64,000 nucleotides of DNA from an uncultured delta proteobacterium (GTDB taxonomy: Bacteria > Desulfobacterota > Desulfobacteria > Desulfobacterales > Desulfosalsimonadaceae), in the NCBI GenBank assembly GCA_963826785.1, contig CAWGYD010000006.1, positions 704,001 through 768,000 of the forward strand. Direction: 5' to 3'. Each line of letters begins with the position of its first letter. Position 1 is the first letter of the stretch. Under the pieces are notes generated by a model that worked only from the letters and a program-made list of their open reading frames with translations, did not search any database and had not been told where the DNA came from. The position numbers were made by a program, and so were the translations under genes. This document shows positions 40,532-50,654 of the stretch, one piece after another.

Positions 40532-40648
40532 TAATGTTAGGAATGGGGGAAGGTCCTCATTCATGCAATCTGTAATTCAATAGCCCAGCCCACCCTCCCC
40601 CCGCAAGCCCCAGCCCAATCCCCCCTTGAGGGGGGCAAGGGGGGTGTC
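40488..40648. repeat. Inverted pair of C/G-tract REP-like palindromes (left arm inside the PPTase 3' end)
   Basis: GACACCCCCTGGCCCCCCTCGAGGGGGGAAT ... AATCCCCCCTTGAGGGGGGCAAGGGGGGTGTC. Confidence 0.85.
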
Positions 40649-40686
40649 GGACAGTTGGGCAGCCAATCATATCCAAGGAAGATAAA

Positions 40687-41826
40687 ATGCCTGAAATTTC
40701 AAAACCTGCGGTGGTCATCAGCGGAACGGGACTGTGGACGCCGGAAAATGTGGTCACCAATGACGAACTGGTGGACAGCTACAATGCCTGGGCACAAAAA
40801 TTCAATGCCGATCATGCTGTGGCCATTGCAGCGGGAAAGATGGAGGAAAAGCCGCTGTCCAGTGCGCGGTTTGTGGAAAAGGCCTCCGGGATCAAGTCTC
40901 GTTATGTATATGTGAAAGAGGGGATATTAGACATTGACCGCATGTGCCCCAAGTTCCCCGAGCGCTCGGAATCGGAACTCAGCCAGCAGGCGGAAATCGC
41001 TCTTTGCGCCGCACGCGAAGCCATGGCCGACGCCGGGAAAGTCGCCGAAGACATCGATGCGGTTATTGTGTCGTGCGCCTATACCCAGCGGGCCTATCCG
41101 GCCATTGCCATCGAAGTGCAGGATGCTCTGGGGATCGAGGGGTTCGGCTATGACATGCTGATGGCCTGCTCGGCCGCCACTTTCGGGCTGCACCGGGCCT
41201 GTGACAGCATCATGGCCGGATCGGCACGGTGCGTTCTGGCCATCAACCCGGAACTGGTCACGCCCCAGGTCAATTATTGCGACCGGGATTCTCATTTCAT
41301 TTTCGGGGACGTGGCCACCGCGGTCATCCTGGAGCGGGCGGAGACCGCAGCGCCCGGCAAAAACGGCTGGGAGGTCCTGGGCACCCGCGCCATGACGAAG
41401 TTTTCCAGCAATATCCGGTCGAATTTCGGGCATATTTCCCGGGCCACCGACGCCGATCCCTATGGGTGGGACAAGCTGTTTCACCAGGCCGGCCGCAAGG
41501 TGTTCGAAGAGGTCAGCCCCATTGCCGCAAGCCACATCCGCGACCATCTTTTAAGCCTTGCTATCGATCCGGGCCGGGTCCGGCGGTTCTGGCTCCACCA
41601 GGCCAACCTGAACATGAACCGGATGGTGACCCGGCACCTGCTGGGCGAAGAGGCCGGCGAAGACCTGATCCCCACCATCCTGGACCGATACGCCAACACC
41701 GCCTCGGCCGGGTCGATCATCGCCTTCCACCTGCACCGGGCAGACCTTGCGTCCGGGGATGTCGGGGTAATCTGCTCCTTTGGCGCCGGCTATTCCGTGG
41801 GCAGCCTGGTGGTGCGAAAAATGTAG
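40687..41826 (+). CDS. Beta-ketoacyl-ACP synthase III, long (PA3286-like) form
   Basis: ACSAATF, FIFGD, WLHQAN, ANTASAGS, CSFGAGYS; N-terminal NDELVDSYN..FVEKASGIKSR. Confidence 0.88.
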   Translation: MPEISKPAVVISGTGLWTPENVVTNDELVDSYNAWAQKFNADHAVAIAAGKMEEKPLSSARFVEKASGIKSRYVYVKEGILDIDRMCPKFPERSESELSQQAEIALCAAREAMADAGKVAEDIDAVIVSCAYTQRAYPAIAIEVQDALGIEGFGYDMLMACSAATFGLHRACDSIMAGSARCVLAINPELVTPQVNYCDRDSHFIFGDVATAVILERAETAAPGKNGWEVLGTRAMTKFSSNIRSNFGHISRATDADPYGWDKLFHQAGRKVFEEVSPIAASHIRDHLLSLAIDPGRVRRFWLHQANLNMNRMVTRHLLGEEAGEDLIPTILDRYANTASAGSIIAFHLHRADLASGDVGVICSFGAGYSVGSLVVRKM

Positions 41827-41827
41827 A

Positions 41828-41862
41828 AACGATAGGGAAGCCTTAATGGCTTCCCTATCGTT
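41828..41862. terminator. Hairpin between convergent genes
   Basis: 15-bp perfect IR AACGATAGGGAAGCC / GGCTTCCCTATCGTT. Confidence 0.8.
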
Positions 41863-41884
41863 GAGTATCGAGTCAATATGCAGG

Positions 41885-43126
41885 TCACGGACATGCCACC
41901 GGGTCTGCGCAGTCTTCACATTCTAGGTTGATCCAGTCCCCGCCTTTGCCCGGAACGGCAAAGTGCTGCTTGGTCATCTCCCGGACCCATTCGGCAAAGG
42001 GCATGCCGGCCGAATCCTCGGTGTAGAACTGGGGGCTCATCATGATGGTATGATAATCTCCTGCGGCAATATAATAGCGGTAGTTGGACGTCGCTGCGGC
42101 CGTACCGTAGACCATGTCGATCATCCGGCTGTGCCAGTCACACCAGACCGGGGTGTAGTTATTCCATTCCTCCACCTGCGGCACCCAGCTCAAGGGAGGC
42201 GGATAGGTGCTGTATTTGCCGATGGTCAGCATGACATTGTAGAAAAAAGTCTGGTTCCAGTCCCAGGCAGTGGTGAACTGCGCCAGTCGGCTGTTTTTAT
42301 AATAGTCGGCAAGATCGATGTAGATATCTTCCATGGTGAGGGAAGGATCATATCCATTCTCGAGTCCCGGCACCCACGTCGGCATCTGAATATCCCATTT
42401 GTAGATCGCCTCCGTCTGGAAATAGTTTTCCACCACACCGTTGGCGGCATCTCCCAGCACATGGACACCGGATCGGGGAAAGGCCTCCTTTATGAATGGA
42501 AATGACAGGATGGCGCCGTATCCCCCCGCACTCGAACCGGTGACGAAGATTTTTTCGGGGCCGGAAAAATTATCCTCTATCCATTGGAGCACCACCTGGA
42601 AGTTGACGAACCCCCGGTGCCGGATGGTGACCGGCGCAAACTGGGGACCGTATATGGCCAGGTTGTCCGGGTAGCCATAATCATTGGCGCCCCAGTGAAC
42701 GTCACCCGTGCAGTAGGGGATATAGACGAAATACCAGTCTTTGAACGGGTTGTCGGGATTATCGGTGTCGAAAATTCCCCTTCCCGTCAGGTCGGAAAAT
42801 GCGGACAGATCCGGGACTTCTTCATAATAGGTATGGGCGTACAGGCAGTTTTTGCTGTCCCAGCAGGCACCGCCGCCCTGGAAGTAGACCACCAGGCGGT
42901 TTTGTTTGCCGCCTTTGACGAAAAAGGAAAATTCGGGATCGCAGTCCGGGCAGGCGGCGCATGAAGGCGCAAGCCCGTTGTATTGAAAATCGGGATACAG
43001 GTCTGCCGGAAACAATTCAATAAATTCATCGGGAAGCTTCGGCATGGCGGAGGGCGGTGCGGCATTGACGCCGGATACGGCTGCAATCAGCGAGATGATG
43101 CAAATCAAAAATAAATACCGTTTCAT
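41885..43126 (-). CDS. Secreted pectinacetylesterase/Notum-family hydrolase
   Basis: Signal peptide; YFQGGGACW, PYCTGDVHWG, GSSAGGYG. Confidence 0.85.
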   Translation of the reverse strand: MKRYLFLICIISLIAAVSGVNAAPPSAMPKLPDEFIELFPADLYPDFQYNGLAPSCAACPDCDPEFSFFVKGGKQNRLVVYFQGGGACWDSKNCLYAHTYYEEVPDLSAFSDLTGRGIFDTDNPDNPFKDWYFVYIPYCTGDVHWGANDYGYPDNLAIYGPQFAPVTIRHRGFVNFQVVLQWIEDNFSGPEKIFVTGSSAGGYGAILSFPFIKEAFPRSGVHVLGDAANGVVENYFQTEAIYKWDIQMPTWVPGLENGYDPSLTMEDIYIDLADYYKNSRLAQFTTAWDWNQTFFYNVMLTIGKYSTYPPPLSWVPQVEEWNNYTPVWCDWHSRMIDMVYGTAAATSNYRYYIAAGDYHTIMMSPQFYTEDSAGMPFAEWVREMTKQHFAVPGKGGDWINLECEDCADPVACP

Positions 43127-43249
43127 GGTGTTTCTCCTGTCGCTTTGAATGGGGTGGACGTTTCACGAAGGGTGAACATCTTTTCGGGTTTCTGCGGGCA
43201 TCCGCAGAAACCCGAAAATGCCAAATTTCAGTATTTCCTTCATGGCAGC

Positions 43250-44629
43250 TCAGGCGATATAAACCGTTTTGATGTTGGTAAATTCCCGGATGCCGACGGC
43301 CGCCAACTCCCGGCCGTAGCCGGAGATCCCGATGCCGCCGAAGGGGAGCCGGGGGTCGGATTTGACAAAGGAATTGACAAACACGCTGCCGGCATGAATG
43401 TGGTTTCGTGCGGCGTCTTCGCCGGTTTCCGGATTTTGGGTGAATACGGCCCCGCCCAGCCCGTAAGCGGTGTCATTGGCGATGCGGATGGCATCTTTGG
43501 CATCCCTGGCCCGGATGACGGCGGCCACCGGCCCGAACACTTCCTCTTCGTAGGCCGGCATACCCGGGACCACGTCCGCCAGCACGGTGGGCGGGTAGTA
43601 GAATCCATCCTCCTCGGGCATTTCGCCGCCCAGCAGGAGCCTGGCGCCTTTTTCTGTGCTCTTTTTCACCTGTCGATGCAGGTTGTCTCTCAGGTCGGCG
43701 CGGGCCTGGGGACCCAGATCCGGATTCTGGCCCGGATCGCCCATGGTTTTGCTCCCCAGTAGTTCGACCATCCTTCGGGTAAATTCATCGTATATTTCAT
43801 CGACCGCGATAAAGCGTTTTGCGGCGATGCAGCTCTGGCCGCTATTTAGCAGCCTGGAGTTCACGCAGATTTCGACGGTTTTGCCCAAATCCGCATCCTG
43901 AAGGATTACATAGGGGTCGCTCCCGCCCAGTTCCAGCACGGTTTTCTTGAGCACCGCGCCGGCCTGGGCGGCGACCGCTCTTCCCGCTCCCGTGCTCCCG
44001 GTCAGGGTCACCGCCTTGACCGCGGGGTGCTCGATTACTTGCTTCGATTTTTCCCGGGTGATGAGAAGGGTGCGGAACAGCCCTTCGGGAAATCCCGCGT
44101 CTGCAAATATTTTCTCGATTTCCAGCGCGCACCCGGTGACATTTTCCGCATGCTTGAGCACCGCAGCGTTTCCGGCCATGAGGGTGGGCGCGGCAAACCG
44201 GAACACCTGCCAGAAAGGGTAGTTCCAGGGCATGACGGCATAGACGACCCCTATGGGCGCATAATGCACATAGCTTTTGGCCGCATCGGTTTTAATGATT
44301 TCATCTTCAAGAAAGGGCCGGGCATGGCCGGCAAAATAGTCGCACACCCAGGCGCATTTTTCCGCTTCGGCCTTTCCCTGGGACAATGGTTTGCCCATCT
44401 CGTCTGCCATCAGACGGCTGTAAAATTCCGCCCGGTCGTTAAGGATGCGGGCGGCGTTTTTCATTCTTTGCGCGCGGGTCTCAAAATCAAGCCCCATCCA
44501 GTCTTTTCCTGCGGCATCAGCGCGCTGCAGAATGCGATCTATTTCGGCATCGCTGATTTCATCATATTTCCGGATCAGTCTGCCGGTGGCGGGATTGATC
44601 GACTGCAGTTGTGTCCCTTGCCCATTCAT
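43250..44629 (-). CDS. NAD(P)-dependent succinate-semialdehyde dehydrogenase-like ALDH
   Basis: MPWNYPFWQ, LTGS, LELGGSD, NSGQSCIAAKR, EEVFGP, SGYGRE. Confidence 0.92.
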   Translation of the reverse strand: MNGQGTQLQSINPATGRLIRKYDEISDAEIDRILQRADAAGKDWMGLDFETRAQRMKNAARILNDRAEFYSRLMADEMGKPLSQGKAEAEKCAWVCDYFAGHARPFLEDEIIKTDAAKSYVHYAPIGVVYAVMPWNYPFWQVFRFAAPTLMAGNAAVLKHAENVTGCALEIEKIFADAGFPEGLFRTLLITREKSKQVIEHPAVKAVTLTGSTGAGRAVAAQAGAVLKKTVLELGGSDPYVILQDADLGKTVEICVNSRLLNSGQSCIAAKRFIAVDEIYDEFTRRMVELLGSKTMGDPGQNPDLGPQARADLRDNLHRQVKKSTEKGARLLLGGEMPEEDGFYYPPTVLADVVPGMPAYEEEVFGPVAAVIRARDAKDAIRIANDTAYGLGGAVFTQNPETGEDAARNHIHAGSVFVNSFVKSDPRLPFGGIGISGYGRELAAVGIREFTNIKTVYIA

Positions 44630-44887
44630 GTTGAATCCTTTCATTGTCGAATATTTGCTGTTCAATAAGACTATGGCTGATTTTTCTGAAAAACAAATTC
44701 TTCCAGCCTGACCCCCGGGGACAACAAAGCACCCGGTTGAGGATCCCCGGTGATCTGCTTTCAGCGGCTTTAGATATGAATAGTTGATAATATTCATATT
44801 TTTGACATATCAAAGGCTCAGGCTTACTCTTTTTTATATGTCCTTTTAAGATTCTCAACCAAACCGCTACAGATGGAGGGCCGATAG

Positions 44888-45262
44888 ATGCTGAAAATGA
44901 TAAAAAACATTTTTATCGCGATATCTGTTTTGCTGCTGGCCGGTGCCTGCGCACCCGTGAAGGTGCCGCCCCAGAAGATCGCGAAAGTGGAAACCGCCAT
45001 CAGCCGGGCAGAGGACAGCACTGCCGTCACGTATGCCCCGCTTCAACTCAGGCTGGCCGAAGACAAGTTTCAGCAGGCGAAAACCATGATGGATAAAGGC
45101 AAAAACCAGGAGGCCAATCGCCTTCTGGATGAAGCCCTGGTGGATGCCCAACTTGCCGAAGCCCGATCCCGCTCCGAAAAGGAAAAAATTGAGGCCTCAA
45201 AAATGAGAGACAGTATCGACGCCCTGCGCCGGGAAATAAAGCGGCAAAATCAAACCCCATAA
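44888..45262 (+). CDS. DUF4398-like lipoprotein
   Basis: LAGAC lipobox; YAPLQLRLAEDKF..ALVDAQLAEAR; paired with OmpA. Confidence 0.85.
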   Translation: MLKMIKNIFIAISVLLLAGACAPVKVPPQKIAKVETAISRAEDSTAVTYAPLQLRLAEDKFQQAKTMMDKGKNQEANRLLDEALVDAQLAEARSRSEKEKIEASKMRDSIDALRREIKRQNQTP

Positions 45263-45290
45263 TTGCTTCACATCAAGGAGGAATCAGGTC

Positions 45291-46340
45291 ATGCGTAACC
45301 TTCATCTTATCGAAAAATTGGCGGTGTGGCTGATTTCGGCCGCATTTATCGCCTCCCTTGGGAGCGGGTGTGCCGGCACCCAGCCGTTTCCGCCGCTGGA
45401 ACAGGCCCAGAATACGTATTCACGGGCAAAGTCCGATCCGGATGTTGAAGCCTATGCGCCTGTCGCGCTTTACGAGGCAAAAGAGGCACTGGATAAAGCC
45501 GAATCCGCCGGCAATAAGACGGCCAAGACGCACCTGAGCTATCTGGCGGAAAAAAAGGCCCAGATCGCCATCGCCGAAGCGGAGCGAAAGAAAGCGGAAA
45601 AGGAAATCAGCAATCTGCAGCAGGAAAAAGAAAATATCATTCTTGAATCGCGCCGCGTGGAAACGGAACAGGCCCGGCAACTGGCGGCCAGAAATGCCAT
45701 GGAAGCCCAGGCGGCCCGTGAAGATGCCATCCGCCTGAAACAGGCGGCGGAGAACCGGTCCCGTGAAGCCGAACAAGCCCGGCAGGAGGCCCTCCGCATG
45801 AAGCAGCAGGCCGAAGCGGCCATGCAGCGAAGCGGCCAGCTGGAAAGCGAACTATCCGAACTCAAAGCCAGAAGAACCGACCGCGGAATCGTGCTCACGC
45901 TGGGTGATGTGCTGTTTGCATTGAACCAGGCGGAACTCACCGCCGGCGCGACCCGCACCATCGACAAGCTCGCCCAGTTCCTGAAGAATCACCCGGACCG
46001 GACGGTGAAAATCGAAGGGCACACGGACAACACCGGCAGCGACCAGTACAACCAGTACCTGTCCGAGCAGCGGGCCCTGGCAGTGAAAACCGCCTTGCTG
46101 CAGCGGGGCATCAGCGCAGATCGGATGACCACCCGGGGATATGGGGAACAAAACCCCATTGCCCCCAATGACACCGCACTCGGCCGCCAGCAGAACCGCA
46201 GGGTGGAGATCATCATTTCCGAGGACAACCAGGCGCCGGCCGCCTCGCCTTCAACCCCGCAGGCACAGCCTCAGCAGCCTTCAATGCAGCAGGCACCTCA
46301 GCAGCAGCCATCTTCACAGCCGTCTGAGCCCCAAGGGTGA
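45291..46340 (+). CDS. OmpA-family lipoprotein with coiled coil
   Basis: LGDVLF, IEGHTDNTGS..NQYLSEQRA, NRRVEI. Confidence 0.92.
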   Translation: MRNLHLIEKLAVWLISAAFIASLGSGCAGTQPFPPLEQAQNTYSRAKSDPDVEAYAPVALYEAKEALDKAESAGNKTAKTHLSYLAEKKAQIAIAEAERKKAEKEISNLQQEKENIILESRRVETEQARQLAARNAMEAQAAREDAIRLKQAAENRSREAEQARQEALRMKQQAEAAMQRSGQLESELSELKARRTDRGIVLTLGDVLFALNQAELTAGATRTIDKLAQFLKNHPDRTVKIEGHTDNTGSDQYNQYLSEQRALAVKTALLQRGISADRMTTRGYGEQNPIAPNDTALGRQQNRRVEIIISEDNQAPAASPSTPQAQPQQPSMQQAPQQQPSSQPSEPQG

Positions 46341-46734
46341 TCCGGACCGGAGAAGTATCCGGATTTGCGCTCATCAGTCTTTCCCCGGCAGCGGAATTTC
46401 CCGCTGCCGGGGGTACATGCCTTCCCGATTCCAAAAACCGATCTGGTTTCCTGCCGCTCCCCTTTCCCCGGTTCGATTGCAAATACCTGTAGTTTCCCTA
46501 TGCCGCCTTTTTGGGCCGCGCAATCCGTTTAAACCCATCAGGACAGATGCGGCGGGCACCCGGAGGCATCCGGCGCCACGGATTTGTGCCTTCCTGGGTT
46601 TTCACCACCTTTGCGGGCCGCCCACATTTTATGTTGACATGATAATCCGATTTCAGATAGTGATGTAAACTTTTACACATATGCTTATTAAACAATTGTA
46701 ATGGATCAAGTTTCATTCATAAAGGAACCCGCCC

Positions 46735-48318
46735 ATGAAAGTACTGATCAGCGATGCACTCGGCGAATCCGGCGTCCGGATACTCCAGGCCGAGGAAGGA
46801 ATCGAAGTGGACGTCAAAACCGGCCTGCCGCCGGAGGAATTGAAGAAGATCATCGGCGAATATGACGGCCTGGTGATCCGGAGCGCCACCAAAGTCACCG
46901 CCGACCTGCTGGAAGCCGCCCCCAAACTGAAAGTGGTGGGCCGGGCCGGTATCGGTCTGGACAATGTGGATATTCCGGCGGCCACCAAGAAAGGGGTGGT
47001 GGTCATGAACACCCCGGGCGGCAATGTGGTCACCACCGCGGAGCATGCCATCGCCATGATGATGGCGGCCACCCGGAATATCGCCCTGGGAACGGCCACC
47101 CTGAAGAACGGCAAATGGGAAAAGAAAAAGCTCCAGGGCCGCGAAATCATGGATAAGACCCTGGGGGTCATCGGGTTCGGCAAGATCGGCTCGGTGGTGG
47201 CGGATCGGGCCAGGGGCCTGAAAATGCGGGTGGTGGTATACGACCCGGTGGTCCAGCCCGATGTCATCGAGAAGCAGCGCTTCGAATGCGTTTCCCTGGA
47301 CACCCTCTACAAGGAAGCGGACTACATCACCATTCATGTTCCCAAAAACCAGAATACCCTGGGGATGATCAACGCGGAAGCTTTTGCCAAAATGAAGGAC
47401 GGGGTGATCATCATCAACTGCGCCCGGGGCGGCATCATCGATGAAAGCGCCCTCTATGATGCCCTGACCTCCGGCAAGGTGGCCCACGCGGCCCTGGACG
47501 TGTTTGAAACCGAACCCACGCCGGCGGACCATCCCCTGTTGAAACTGGACAATATCACCCTGACCCCCCACCTGGGCGCCTCCACCCTGGAAGCCCAGAC
47601 CAACGTGGCCGAGGCGGTGACCCGCCAGATCATCCAGTATCTCAAGTACGACAACATCATCAATGCCGTCAATGTACCGGCGGTATCCGGCGATCTGCTC
47701 AAAAAGCTGCAGCCCTTCCTGCTCCTGGCAGACCGGATGGGCTCCATGCAGGGCCAGTTTGCCGATGCGCAGCTCAAGGAAATCCAGATCGAATATCGGG
47801 GTGATTTCGGGGATATGGACATGACCCCCGTCACCACGGCATTCATCAAGGGATTGATGGATTACCTGGTCAAGGAAGGGGTGAATGCGGTCAACGCGCC
47901 CATGCTGGCCAAGGAAATGGGGGTCAAAATATCTGAGTCCAAAAGCACCGAGACCGCCGAGTTTTTGAACCTGATCAGCACCCGGCTGATTACCACCCAG
48001 TGCGAGTGCGTGATCTCCGGCACGGTCTTCTCCAGGACCGACGCCCGGATCGTGCGCATCGATGATTTCCGGATCGAGATCATTCCCCAGGGGCACCTGG
48101 CGCTGATCCACAACCTGGACGAACCCGGGGTCATCGGCAGCATCGGCCGGATCCTGGGAGAGCATCGCCTCAACATCTCCCGGATGCAGGTGGGAAGAGA
48201 GGTCGGCAAGGAAAACAACGTGGTCCTGATCCGCACCGACACACCCATCGGGGAAGCGGCCTTAAAAGACCTGCTGGCATTGCCCAAGATCAAATCGGTA
48301 AAGCTGCTGGAACTCTAA
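46735..48318 (+). CDS. serA: D-3-phosphoglycerate dehydrogenase
   Basis: GRAGIGLDNVD, GFGKIG, NCARGG, TPHLGAST, C-terminal ACT domain. Confidence 0.96.
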   Translation: MKVLISDALGESGVRILQAEEGIEVDVKTGLPPEELKKIIGEYDGLVIRSATKVTADLLEAAPKLKVVGRAGIGLDNVDIPAATKKGVVVMNTPGGNVVTTAEHAIAMMMAATRNIALGTATLKNGKWEKKKLQGREIMDKTLGVIGFGKIGSVVADRARGLKMRVVVYDPVVQPDVIEKQRFECVSLDTLYKEADYITIHVPKNQNTLGMINAEAFAKMKDGVIIINCARGGIIDESALYDALTSGKVAHAALDVFETEPTPADHPLLKLDNITLTPHLGASTLEAQTNVAEAVTRQIIQYLKYDNIINAVNVPAVSGDLLKKLQPFLLLADRMGSMQGQFADAQLKEIQIEYRGDFGDMDMTPVTTAFIKGLMDYLVKEGVNAVNAPMLAKEMGVKISESKSTETAEFLNLISTRLITTQCECVISGTVFSRTDARIVRIDDFRIEIIPQGHLALIHNLDEPGVIGSIGRILGEHRLNISRMQVGREVGKENNVVLIRTDTPIGEAALKDLLALPKIKSVKLLEL

Positions 48319-48341
48319 CAGATTACATACCCACGCCTCAC

Positions 48342-48388
48342 ATGAATCCCGGCCTGCAAGTCCCTTGCAGGGCGGGATTCATTTTTTT
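48342..48388 (+). terminator. Intrinsic terminator
   Basis: ATGAATCCCG..CCTGCAAG / CTTGCAGG..CGGGATTCAT followed by a T-tract. Confidence 0.85.
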
Positions 48389-48521
48389 CAAATGTCGTAA
48401 ATCCTGCTTTTTCTCCGTCCCTGCATTAAATCGACACGTTTGTCGATGGGTGCGGCCGATTGTCGAATCCAATACCTGCCTCTTTAGATCAACTCATTGA
48501 AATTCAATATAATTTTTAATT

Positions 48522-48537
48522 TGGCACAGACATTGAA
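48522..48537 (+). promoter_or_regulatory. Possible sigma-54 promoter, with upstream palindrome ATCGACA..TGTCGAT (~48430-48447)
   Basis: TGGCACAGACATTGAA (imperfect -12 element). Confidence 0.4.
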
Positions 48538-48593
48538 TAAACAGATTGTAAATGCCGGCAACTGAATTTTAATGATTCTTAAAAGGAGAATGT

Positions 48594-49133
48594 ATGATGA
48601 TGAAAAAGCAGGTAGGTCTTTTTGTGATGGTTTCTGTTCTGGTGTTTGGACTGGGCACGGGCCTGGGCTGGGCGGCGGCCCCGAATGCAAAAGAAGGCTC
48701 CGGCGGGTTGGTGCTGGCCGGAAACGGCCATGGGCCCGGGGATGGCTCTGGAAATGGGGGAAGCGGACCCGGGGACGGCACCGGCAACGGCTCCGGAGAC
48801 TGCGGCTTGGAGCGGCCGGATGCGGGTGCTGCCGGCTGGCTTTTGGCAATGCGTGGTGAAAATCGCGGAACAAAGTCCGCTCAGAAGGGCAGCCGCGGTC
48901 AGAATAGCCGTCTTTCGACATCCGGTCTTTCGACATCCGGCCCGCAGGTGCAGCAAAATCGTCTGCAGACGCATAAAAGAACCCAGACCCCGACTCAAAC
49001 CCGGCCCTCCGGCGGATATGGACCCGGAGACGGCACCGGCAATGGCGGGGTCGGCCCCCGGGACGGCACCGGAAACGGTCCGGGAGACTGCACACAGACG
49101 CAGCCGGTTTCTGATACCGGATCGACCCGCTGA
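48594..49133 (+). CDS. Secreted Gly-rich protein with duplicated GPGDG(S/T)GNG...GDC block
   Basis: RBS AAGGAG, signal peptide, downstream terminator. Confidence 0.7.
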   Translation: MMMKKQVGLFVMVSVLVFGLGTGLGWAAAPNAKEGSGGLVLAGNGHGPGDGSGNGGSGPGDGTGNGSGDCGLERPDAGAAGWLLAMRGENRGTKSAQKGSRGQNSRLSTSGLSTSGPQVQQNRLQTHKRTQTPTQTRPSGGYGPGDGTGNGGVGPRDGTGNGPGDCTQTQPVSDTGSTR

Positions 49134-49164
49134 TTATTAATAGAACAACTTCCAGCATTTAAAT

Positions 49165-49202
49165 ACGGCACAGGTGGCTTTTATCAGAGCCACCTGTGCC
49201 GT
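49165..49202. terminator. Hairpin terminator between convergent genes
   Basis: ACGGCACAGGTGGCT / AGCCACCTGTGCCGT. Confidence 0.8.
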
Positions 49203-49303
49203 GATTATTTTGATCAGGCCCGAGAGTCCTCCTATTTTACCTCGCCGACGTTCCTCCGGCCCGCGGTATCGAGCCTGGGCCTGCAAAGCACACCCCGGAG
49301 CGG

Positions 49304-50539
49304 TCAATTTTTAAAAGACGCCTGGAAATGCCCGAGTTCAAGCCTGGACCGGCCGTCCACCAGGGCGTTTCGCTGGTAGGCGCGCAGGCCGAAAAAGGGA
49401 AGCGCCGCCAGGATGTGGTCGAAAATATCGGCTTGTATGGCTTCGTAGCTGACCCATCGGGTATCGCTGGCAAAGCAGTAGATCTCGACCGGCAGCCCCT
49501 TTTCTGCGGCAGGGGCCAAGTGCCGGACCATCAGGGTCTTGTCCTGGCTGACGTGGGGATGGCGCTTCAGGTAAGCCTCCACATACGCCCGGAAGGTCCC
49601 CAGGTTGGTCAGCCGCCGGCCATTTAACGGATTGTCCGGCGATATGCCCTTTTCCCGGTGGCAGCGGCCGATCTCCTCGGTTTTCGCCTCGAGATAGGGC
49701 CTGAGCAGATCGACATCCATCAGCCGCTCGATGGCTTCGGGCTCCAGGTGGGCCACGCTGGTCTGATCGATCAGGACCGCGCGCTTGATCCTGCGGCAGC
49801 CGGTTTCGAACATCCCCCGCCAGTTGCGGAAAGAATTGTCGAGGAATTTGTGTGTGGGGATGGAGACAATCGTGTTGTCGAAGTTCTTGACCTTCACCGT
49901 GTGCAGGGACATGTCGATCACGTTTCCGTCGGCGCTGAAGGCCGGCATTTCGATCCAGTCGTCCTGCCGGATCAGGTCGTAGCTGGCGATCTGGATGCTG
50001 GCCACAAAGGACAGCAGGGTATCCTTGAAGATCAGCAGGATAATGGCCGTCAGGGCGCCGATTCCGCTGACCAGACCCCAGGGGGACCGGTCGATGAGCA
50101 GCGCGACCACGAATATTGCGCCGATAATGGACAAAAAGAGCTTGATCAGCTGGGACCAGCCCTTGATGGGCCATTTCACCGGAAGGGGCAGGGAATTATA
50201 AACCGCCACCAGCGTGTCGATGAGGCCGTTTAAAATGGAGATCACCACCAGGCACAGATAGATGAGGATCAGCCGGGAAAGAAAGGAAAATACATCCGGA
50301 ACGAGGGCAAGGCCGTAGTGGAAGATCAGGGCCGGCAACAGGAGCAGGATCCGGTCCAGCACCTTGTATTGGCCCAGGTAATCGTCCCAGGTGAAGCGGG
50401 TGCGCTTGATGAACCCGTGGAAGACCGGCAGGATCCATTTTTTGGAGCAAAAATATCCCAAAACGGATATCCCGGTCAGCCCGGCAAGCTTTAAAAAGTC
50501 AATGACATATGGATGGCTGAAAATATCCTGAATTTCCAT
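49304..50539 (-). CDS. MscS-family (YbdG-like) mechanosensitive channel
   Basis: FKDTLLSFVASIQ, DWIEMP, NFDNTIVSIP, NWRGM, RRIKR, TNLGTFRAY. Confidence 0.93.
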   Translation of the reverse strand: MEIQDIFSHPYVIDFLKLAGLTGISVLGYFCSKKWILPVFHGFIKRTRFTWDDYLGQYKVLDRILLLLPALIFHYGLALVPDVFSFLSRLILIYLCLVVISILNGLIDTLVAVYNSLPLPVKWPIKGWSQLIKLFLSIIGAIFVVALLIDRSPWGLVSGIGALTAIILLIFKDTLLSFVASIQIASYDLIRQDDWIEMPAFSADGNVIDMSLHTVKVKNFDNTIVSIPTHKFLDNSFRNWRGMFETGCRRIKRAVLIDQTSVAHLEPEAIERLMDVDLLRPYLEAKTEEIGRCHREKGISPDNPLNGRRLTNLGTFRAYVEAYLKRHPHVSQDKTLMVRHLAPAAEKGLPVEIYCFASDTRWVSYEAIQADIFDHILAALPFFGLRAYQRNALVDGRSRLELGHFQASFKN

Positions 50540-50654
50540 TTTTTCTCCCGGTCATGAATTGGCATCGAATACAATGCCTTCTATAACCCAAAACCCGGGC
50601 GAAGGCCACCCCTGAAACGGAATTTTCCGCAAATGGCGAAAAGTGTTTTGAAAA

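Noticed and set aside
46717..48165. Long antisense ORFs (e.g. 482 aa opposite serA, and others opposite fab, priA and gltA)
   Set aside because: Shadow ORFs expected in GC-rich coding DNA; the opposite strand has clear conserved genes.
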